Assembly: GCA_030753015.1 (NCBI GenBank)
Contig: JASMDC010000018.1
Coordinates: 1-64,000 of the forward strand
Length of the DNA: 64,000 bases
Direction: 5' to 3'
Origin: Candidatus Undinarchaeales archaeon
Lineage (GTDB): Archaea > SpSt-1190 > JASMDC01
The translations under genes were made by a program, and so were the position numbers. Numbering within the stretch: position 1 is the first letter of the stretch; each line of letters starts with the position of its first letter. The notes beneath the pieces were generated by a model. It did not search any database and had not been told where the DNA came from. It saw only the letters and a list, made by a program, of their open reading frames with translations. Below, piece by piece: positions 57,606 to 64,000 of the stretch.

Positions 57606-59090
57606 TCAACGCTTCCCGAACATGAAACCCGCCAGGGCTATGAAAGGCAAGATCTCGAGACGGCCGACGAGCATCTCGAAGATGAGGACCACCTTACCGA
57701 TGGGCTCGAGCTGCGGGCCACTGATGCCCACCGACAGCCCCACGTTCCCCTGTGCCGAGGCGACCTCGAAGAAGGAGTCTGTGCCGTTGTAGCCCAGGCT
57801 CATAAAGGCGAGAGCGCCACCGAAGAGGAACACGAGGTAGAGGAAGGCGTAGAGCGAGGCGGACATGATCTCCCCCTCCTCGAACACCTTGTCCCCGACC
57901 CGGAAGGGAAGGATCGCCCTGGACGGGAGGAAGAGCTTGCGGACGATCCAGATGACCGCCTTGAAGATGATTACGAACCGGATGAGTTTGATGGCCGATG
58001 AGGTCGAGCCGTACCCGCCCCCGATGACCATGAGGATGGTCAGGATCCATTTCGAGAAGTCCGTCCAACTGGACAGGTCCGCGGTAGCAAAGCCCGTCCC
58101 GCTGACCGCTGATGCTGTCTGGAACAGGGCCTGGCGACCACGGACGGTGACCTCCGCGTTCAGCTCCGGCGAATCGTTGGCGTAGAGCACGAGGAAATGG
58201 TGCCCGGCGATGGCAAGGGTACTGAGGAGGATTACGCCCAGCAGAGCCCTTACTTCCACGTTACCGAACAGGAAGCGCCAGTTGCGCTCGAACAGCTTCT
58301 TGTGGACCACGAAGGAGATGGCGCCGGCAAGCATGAGGGGGATGACCACCATCTCGGCGTTCAGGTTGTCGTAGTGCCCTAAGGATTTGTTCTTCACTGA
58401 GAACCCGCCGGTGGCGATACCGGTCATGGAATGGTTCACAGCGTCCCATGCGGGCATACCTGCTACCATGAGGCCGATGGCCCCCGCGGCCGTGTAGAAC
58501 AGGTAGATCCACCAGATGATGCGGGCGGTCTCGGTGATGGAGGGGACGATCCTATCGGTCCGACCTTCTGCGGTGTAGAGCTGGGCCGCGGCAGAGCCCG
58601 GTGTCAGCAGGACAGCGAGGAACAGCACGATCACCCCCACCCCGCCGAACCACTCGGTGGCCGATCGAAAGAACAGGATGGCCCGGGGCGCGCTCTCCAC
58701 GTCGGGGATCATCGTAAGACCCGTTGCCGTGTACCCGGATACGCTCTCGAAGTAGGCGTCCACGTAGGCCGCGGCTCCTGGATGGAGCTCCGGCGTCTCG
58801 AACTGGAAGAACTGGATGAAGGGGAAGATCCCTACGGCGGGGATGATGAGCCATGCCAGTGCCGAGGCCACCATCGCCTCACCGCGGGAGATGTTCTCGG
58901 GAGAGAACCGGTCGCGGAGGAGGGTGCCCAGCACGAACACGATGACGGCCGGAACGAGGAACGACTGGATGTAGTCATACTCACCGAAGAGGAGGCAGAT
59001 GATCACTGGCGAGGCCGTCATGACGGCCGTGATATGAAAGACGACCCCGAGATAGCCGAGGATGTTGGAAATGCGCGAGCCGGAGAACAT
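57606..59090 (-). CDS. trkH: Trk potassium uptake membrane subunit
   Basis: FESVSGYTATG, ATGGFS, SGTGF, SAQGNVGLS and GRLEI. Confidence 0.95.
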   Translation of the reverse strand: MFSGSRISNILGYLGVVFHITAVMTASPVIICLLFGEYDYIQSFLVPAVIVFVLGTLLRDRFSPENISRGEAMVASALAWLIIPAVGIFPFIQFFQFETPELHPGAAAYVDAYFESVSGYTATGLTMIPDVESAPRAILFFRSATEWFGGVGVIVLFLAVLLTPGSAAAQLYTAEGRTDRIVPSITETARIIWWIYLFYTAAGAIGLMVAGMPAWDAVNHSMTGIATGGFSVKNKSLGHYDNLNAEMVVIPLMLAGAISFVVHKKLFERNWRFLFGNVEVRALLGVILLSTLAIAGHHFLVLYANDSPELNAEVTVRGRQALFQTASAVSGTGFATADLSSWTDFSKWILTILMVIGGGYGSTSSAIKLIRFVIIFKAVIWIVRKLFLPSRAILPFRVGDKVFEEGEIMSASLYAFLYLVFLFGGALAFMSLGYNGTDSFFEVASAQGNVGLSVGISGPQLEPIGKVVLIFEMLVGRLEILPFIALAGFMFGKR

Positions 59091-59091
59091 C

Positions 59092-59751
59092 TCACTCGGT
59101 CCCCGTAAGCTTGGCTTTCACCTGCTTCTGGACCTCGAGGGACGCGAACACCGTCACTTTATCGCCGAGCTTGAGGAGGGTGTCCGCCTTGGGGATGATT
59201 AGCTCCTCGTCACGATAGATCGCTACGATGAGGCTCTCCTCTGGGAACTCGATCTCCTTGAGCTTCATACCGGCGATCTTCGACTCGGGTGGGACTACCA
59301 CCTCGAACATCTCTGCCCTACCCCCGCCCAGGAAGTAGAGCGTGGAGATGTCGGGCCGCTTGACCACATCGGCGAGATAACGGGCCGTAGCGATGTCGGG
59401 GCTGATAGCCGTCGTCACCCCGGCCTTCTCGAAGATGCTGATGTGCTTGGGATCGTTCACCACGGAAACGATGCTCTTGACACCACGGTCCTTGGCGAGC
59501 ATGGATGACATCAGGTTCAGCGAATCGTCGCGGGTCACGGACACAAGGACGTCGGCCCGGTCGACACCGGCCTCTCGAAGGATGTCAGCGTCGTCACCGT
59601 CGCCGTTGACGACAAGAGCATCGGTAGTCTTGGCGAGCTTGTCGCACAAGGCCTTGTCCCGTTCGAGGATAACCACGTTGACCCCATCATGAACGAGTAG
59701 CTTTGTGAGGTGTTCACCTATACCCTCTCCTCCGACGACAATAACATACAT
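59092..59751 (-). CDS. trkA: Trk potassium uptake NAD-binding subunit
   Basis: N-terminal Rossmann/RCK fold (IVVGGEGIG, L..AG...AD) and a TrkA-C domain; adjacent to trkH. Confidence 0.93.
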   Translation of the reverse strand: MYVIVVGGEGIGEHLTKLLVHDGVNVVILERDKALCDKLAKTTDALVVNGDGDDADILREAGVDRADVLVSVTRDDSLNLMSSMLAKDRGVKSIVSVVNDPKHISIFEKAGVTTAISPDIATARYLADVVKRPDISTLYFLGGGRAEMFEVVVPPESKIAGMKLKEIEFPEESLIVAIYRDEELIIPKADTLLKLGDKVTVFASLEVQKQVKAKLTGTE

Positions 59752-59780
59752 GGTCAGAACACCGTTCGATGGGGAGATAG

Positions 59781-59887
59781 TGGGCCCGCGGGGATTTGAA
59801 CCCCGGACCTCCCGGTTATCAGCCTCGCCTCGCCCGGGGGAACACCCCGTACGATCGGACGCTCTAACCTAGCTGAGCCACGGGCCC
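59781..59887 (-). tRNA. tRNA-Ile(GAU) with 32-nt intron at position 30/31 (intron 59824-59855); CCA not encoded
   Basis: After intron removal the cloverleaf is complete: GGGCCCG acceptor, GCTC/GAGC D stem, TCCGG-CTGATAA-CCGGG anticodon arm and CGGGG-TTCAAAT-CCCCG T arm. A BHB motif sits at the junctions and a TTTTTAAA box lies upstream. Confidence 0.93.
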
Positions 59888-59940
59888 GTTCCCCAAACGG
59901 GGTGTGCACCTTTAAAAAGTTATCCTGACGGGCCGCGTCC

Positions 59941-62271
59941 CTACCGGTGACCGTACCCAGGGTACTGGGCGTACGAGCCGTAATAGGACCCATAATTGGC
60001 GTAGGCCCCCACCTGGGGCTGCGCTGCCGCTCTGGCATACACCGTGCCCCCGGCCCCCGGAACCCATTCGCGCCGACGCGCCTCACGCATAGCGATGGCG
60101 AAGGCAGCAGCTGCAAAGGCCACCTCGAGGAACTGCATGAACATCTCCATCCGGCTGCGCGAGCTGCCCTCGTCCCCCTCGGAGAGCTTCTCGGCCAGGT
60201 CGGCTTCAGCAGTGGAGAGCCTCCGCAGGGCATCGGCATAGGCGCCGCCGTCCATGTCCGCGCGCGCCTCGGTCACAAGGGCGTCCACCTCGGCGGTATC
60301 TAACCCTTTCCCATCGGCCCTCCCCATGAGACGCTCCACCTTGGACAAGGCTTCCTCCACGTCGCCCCGGTCCACGATCGTCCCGACATCCGGTGTGGGC
60401 GAGGGGGCGGACGTGGCCGTGGGGACCGCCGTAGGTGCCGTCGCGTTCCCCTTTACTTTGAGTTGGAGCGATCTGTCATTAGTGGTGTAGGAGCCGAGAA
60501 TACGGATCACTGGATCGTCTCCCCGCGTGAACACGGCCTCCACTGTATAGAGCTCCTCCAAGGTTGTGCTCTCCACTGTGATGCCCCCATCGATACGATA
60601 ACCAAGGGCATTGAGCCGGTCACGTTCCTCGACGAACGCCGAATGTCTCCTCACCTCTGCCTCCAGCTGAGGTGTCGGCGTACCGGGGGGGACGGGCGTA
60701 GGTGTCGGGATCGGAGTGGGTGCTGGCGTCGGGGATGGAGTCGCAGCTGGCGATATCTCTGGGGACACGGTGGGTGTCGTGGTCGTCGACGGGGATGGCG
60801 TGGTCTTCGTTGGGGGCGAGATGAGCATCTCGAACAAGAGCTCCTGGGAGAGGACAGAGTGGAAGCATAGCTCCTTGAGCCGTTTCTGCTTGTTGATACA
60901 TTCTGCGTATATCTTCTGTACCTCCGGGGGGGTGTTGAAGAGTGGTTGTGGAGGGCATAGGATAGCGCTCTTCACGACGCTCATACATGGCTTTTGGACG
61001 GAGGGGACAGTGCATGTGAACGAGAACGGCATCTGGGCGACGAGGTCCTCTGTAGCCTCGGGGAGGTTGAAATGAAATGAGAAGGGGATGTCGCCTTTGA
61101 TAGCTTTCAGGGTTACCGCGTACTTAGAGGAGTTCGTGCACGTCTCACTGTTACAATTCACATATCCCTGGGGATTCATGTGAGATATGGGCGGCGGTCT
61201 GTAAGTGAGCTCGCACTCCAGGGTACCGTCGGCGTCCTCGATCGCGTTGAACACCATCTCCTGTTCGGTCTCGTCCCCCGTTACGGACAGTGTGCCGTTC
61301 ACCAGGGTCTGCCCCGCACACCCCGGGCAGGTGACGCCCTTGTCCTGAATGCAGTCGCGACGCCCGAGCATGACGGTGAGCGGTCGTGTCTCCTTTCTGA
61401 AGCACTCGTTCTTACATGCCTGGCCCAGGCACATGCGGCACTCCTCGTTCTCGCCGAAGATGCAGTCCTGGCACGCCTCTTCCTCCGGTATGAACACCGA
61501 GCCTCTTCTATTGCATCCGAACTCCCATGGGTCGCATTCCTTGTTGCACGGCTTCTCGCACGGAGCACACTGTGCCAGGCAGCGGAGAAAGCACTTTTTA
61601 CACGGTATCTCGGGCGTGAAGTACTCGCGATAGAGTTCGAACACGGACACGGAGGCCTCTATGGACGTCGTGTCACGCTCGAAGGCGGCCAGCACATCCT
61701 TCGGACCTTCAGGGGTGATGAGGACTGAGAACGTGTCCTTCCCATCTGTGATGTCCGTGAGCAGACCCGTGGGGATGGAGTAGAAGGTATAGTCGAGCGT
61801 GAACGTTCCCGTAGCACCTGTGCAAACCGGGATGGTCATCTCGGAAATGAATCCAGGGTGGTTATCGGAGCCCTCGGGTACGAGCAGGAATAGCTCTCCC
61901 GTGCGAGGTGAGTCCGGGGCCGGCTTCAGTACGATACGCTCTCCCGGGACCGGATCGGGAATGATGACAGGTTTCTCCCCTATGGTGACCTCCTTCTCGC
62001 CATGGAGGAGTGTGATCACTTCAGTGGCGTCGAGGTAGACCGCGTCCAAGGTGTAATCCTCTGGAACATCGATGATGAAACCGTCGGACGCAAGGTTGGC
62101 TATGTCAACATCGATAAGTTCCTCCCAGGGGTCCTCGGGTACGAACTTGATCTTGAAGCTATCATCATCATCAAGGGCGGGCGCATCATCGAACGCTGTG
62201 CAGAGAAGCAGCAAGCAGATACCGACCAATAGTGCCCGGGCTGCTTTCACACTGCTACAGGTGGACCTCAC
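59941..62271 (-). CDS. Membrane-anchored surface protein with Cys-rich inserts and Pro/Thr stalk
   Basis: Signal peptide, CKKCFLRC...CNKEC clusters, PTPTP linker, TM helix and a Y/G-rich cytoplasmic tail. Confidence 0.82.
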   Translation of the reverse strand: MRSTCSSVKAARALLVGICLLLLCTAFDDAPALDDDDSFKIKFVPEDPWEELIDVDIANLASDGFIIDVPEDYTLDAVYLDATEVITLLHGEKEVTIGEKPVIIPDPVPGERIVLKPAPDSPRTGELFLLVPEGSDNHPGFISEMTIPVCTGATGTFTLDYTFYSIPTGLLTDITDGKDTFSVLITPEGPKDVLAAFERDTTSIEASVSVFELYREYFTPEIPCKKCFLRCLAQCAPCEKPCNKECDPWEFGCNRRGSVFIPEEEACQDCIFGENEECRMCLGQACKNECFRKETRPLTVMLGRRDCIQDKGVTCPGCAGQTLVNGTLSVTGDETEQEMVFNAIEDADGTLECELTYRPPPISHMNPQGYVNCNSETCTNSSKYAVTLKAIKGDIPFSFHFNLPEATEDLVAQMPFSFTCTVPSVQKPCMSVVKSAILCPPQPLFNTPPEVQKIYAECINKQKRLKELCFHSVLSQELLFEMLISPPTKTTPSPSTTTTPTVSPEISPAATPSPTPAPTPIPTPTPVPPGTPTPQLEAEVRRHSAFVEERDRLNALGYRIDGGITVESTTLEELYTVEAVFTRGDDPVIRILGSYTTNDRSLQLKVKGNATAPTAVPTATSAPSPTPDVGTIVDRGDVEEALSKVERLMGRADGKGLDTAEVDALVTEARADMDGGAYADALRRLSTAEADLAEKLSEGDEGSSRSRMEMFMQFLEVAFAAAAFAIAMREARRREWVPGAGGTVYARAAAQPQVGAYANYGSYYGSYAQYPGYGHR

Positions 62272-62308
62272 GGAATAAATAACTACCCCAGATTAATGGG
62301 AAGGGCGA

Positions 62309-62333
62309 GAGGGCGTGTTCAGAACACGCCCTC
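62309..62333. terminator. Perfect 25-bp palindrome spanning the lipoprotein stop codon
   Basis: GAGGGCGTGTTC-A-GAACACGCCCTC. Confidence 0.5.
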
Positions 62334-62984
62334 GGCAGCCTCTTCGCCGGTGAGCTCGGACTCTTCCCCGGCCTTGTCCACCTGGAACTTGTAGTAGTTG
62401 GCGGGAGTCGCGCGGTCGTCCTTGAACTTGACCGCGAGATAGGCCTCGTTGATCTCCACGGCGAAGGCCTTGCACAGATCCTCATCGGGCTTGGTCTCGA
62501 TACGGATCTCCTGGCCAGCGTCGAGGTCTATGTCCTCGAGCTCCTTCTCTTCGGACCAGAGAATGACCTCGCCGACCTTGGCGCCGAACACGATCGTGAT
62601 GTCCTTGGCCTTGGCGCGGCCGGTGTTGTTGAGCACGAACTTGCCCTCGATGGCGTGGTCCTTGCATTCGTACTCGTCCCCGATCTTCCTGCCGTTCTCG
62701 ATGTCCTTGGTCGCGGACCGGGTCACCTTGAGCACAGCGGACTGGTAGCTCTCCAGCTTCTCCGCCGCATCCTCGTACTTCGCCTTATAGTCATCATGGT
62801 CAGCTTCCAGCTTGTCCTTATCTTTGCGAAGGGTAGCGACCTCCTTCGTGAGGTCGTCCTTGGACTTGGTCAGGGTTTCCTTTTCCTTTTCTAGGCTCTC
62901 GACCTTGGCCTCGAGCTCGCTGGTGTCAACGCAGCCGGCCACGAGGACCAGGGCGATCAGGATTGCGACGGTTTTGTACTTCAT
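62319..62984 (-). CDS. Putative lipoprotein with coiled coil
   Basis: Lipobox LVAGC, heptad-rich N-terminal half and a beta domain containing NNTG...A. Confidence 0.82.
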   Translation of the reverse strand: MKYKTVAILIALVLVAGCVDTSELEAKVESLEKEKETLTKSKDDLTKEVATLRKDKDKLEADHDDYKAKYEDAAEKLESYQSAVLKVTRSATKDIENGRKIGDEYECKDHAIEGKFVLNNTGRAKAKDITIVFGAKVGEVILWSEEKELEDIDLDAGQEIRIETKPDEDLCKAFAVEINEAYLAVKFKDDRATPANYYKFQVDKAGEESELTGEEAAEGVF

Positions 62985-63054
62985 AGCTCTTCCCGATGCC
63001 GTCGGTAGCGGACATCATTTAAATTGTTACTTTCAAAACACAGGGCCGAGAGGG

Positions 63055-63114
63055 ATGATATCTGTCATTATCCCCGTCCGGAACGGCGGGGCGACACTTC
63101 GCGCTGGTATCGAG
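63055..63114 (+). pseudogene. 5' remnant of a GT2 glycosyltransferase
   Basis: MISVIIPVRNGGATLRAGIE matches the GT2 N-terminal strand, after which similarity is lost. Confidence 0.55.
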
Positions 63115-63189
63115 CCTCATGTTCTAACCAAGAGAGCGCCCACGTGCCGCGGCCAGCGTGCTCCTCGATCTTATGGGCGGACGATAGAC

Positions 63190-64000
63190 TCAGATGCACC
63201 GCCGCACGTCCAGCGGACCCAGGGCCACCTGCCAGTGAATGAGCAGGAGGTAGAGGAGGACGATCCACACAATCAGGTCGCGCGGCCGTCCACGAACGAG
63301 ACTGCGCAGCCCTGTGCCGGCGGCCATGGCCATGAACGGGTAGGCGTAGAGCAGGTGCCGGTCCTGGTCGCAGAATGTGATGGTCACGCGGTTCGCGGCC
63401 AGGAACATGAAGAACACCGCGAAGCACGCTGCCAGTGCGAGCGCTGACCGCCGGTCCCGCTGCCATAGTGCGACGAATCCTCTCATGGCGAGCACAGGCA
63501 GGAGGATAGAGTGGTGCCACAATCCCAGCCAGAAGGCCGCAAGCCAGCCTGTGTTGCGTACGAGGTACGCGGTGTCCTGAGCGTAGGGTGCGCCGAACGT
63601 GTCGAAGGAGCGGCCCACCTTGAGCCACATCGGGATCACGCAGAGCACGAGGAAGAGGACGGCGCACGGGGCCACACGACGCGGGGAGGCGCCCCATGCC
63701 ATCAGGGCCGCCACCGCCACGGGGACGAGCAGGATGTTGATGGCCACGGTGTACACGGCCAGAGCGAGTGACACGGCGACCAGGCAGCGGCTCAGGTCCG
63801 TTCTTCGTCTGAGGTGGACCACACCAGCCCACACGGCCACCGCGGCAAAGGCGGTGGACGCGATGTCCCGTTGGATCGTCATGGCGTACTTCAGGAATAG
63901 GGGCGTGGCCGCCAGGAGCACTGCGGCACAGAGACCGGCATCGGGATCGCGGACCAGGGCCGCTGTCGCACCGTACACTGCTGCAAGGGTCGCCAGGGAG
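63190..64000 (-). CDS. GT-C (PMT/ArnT-like) membrane glycosyltransferase, 5' part outside the window; C-terminus possibly truncated
   Basis: Multiple TM helices, AAVLLAATPLF.....RD motif and QDRHLL.AYP; frame open to the window end. Confidence 0.7.
   Translation of the reverse strand, partial: SLATLAAVYGATAALVRDPDAGLCAAVLLAATPLFLKYAMTIQRDIASTAFAAVAVWAGVVHLRRRTDLSRCLVAVSLALAVYTVAINILLVPVAVAALMAWGASPRRVAPCAVLFLVLCVIPMWLKVGRSFDTFGAPYAQDTAYLVRNTGWLAAFWLGLWHHSILLPVLAMRGFVALWQRDRRSALALAACFAVFFMFLAANRVTITFCDQDRHLLYAYPFMAMAAGTGLRSLVRGRPRDLIVWIVLLYLLLIHWQVALGPLDVRRCI

Noticed and set aside
850-63832. Numerous long overlapping ORFs in the six-frame track
   Set aside because: Antisense or alternate-frame shadows of real genes, typical of high-GC DNA.

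Overview
High-GC archaeal chromosomal segment. Evidence for an archaeon: gatD/gatE, class I HMG-CoA reductase, aMBF1, BRE/TATA promoters, a class III pilin signal and a tRNA with a BHB intron. A DPANN-like lineage is only a guess from the surface-protein style. Housekeeping content: gatDE, hmgA, uppP, a phosphate-uptake cluster (DUF47, PiT, Na/Pi cotransporter, PhoU), trkAH, a GH31 glucosidase, tRNA-Ile(GAU) and a hybrid two-component module. The window starts inside a DDE transposase and ends inside a GT-C glycosyltransferase. Main observations: (1) a ~140-nt intergenic RNA at 13699-13840 with four C-box/guide/D-box units inside one terminal stem, a candidate four-guide box C/D sRNA; (2) a dispersed family of cysteine-rich secreted or anchored proteins (1524, 1505, 1391, 776, 487, 154 and 117 aa) built from shared CxxxC-hairpin and CGDxxC modules, plus a two-thioredoxin/DsbD-type oxidoreductase; (3) a radical-SAM pair with degenerate domains directly downstream of one of the Cys-rich genes; (4) a 29-bp ATGGAAC triple-box motif present in inverted orientation on both sides of the kinase/regulator operon; (5) tRNA-Ile with a non-canonical 30/31 intron; (6) RHH fusions to a degenerate nucleotidyltransferase and to a UBA-like domain. 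All family assignments come from motif recognition, not database searches.
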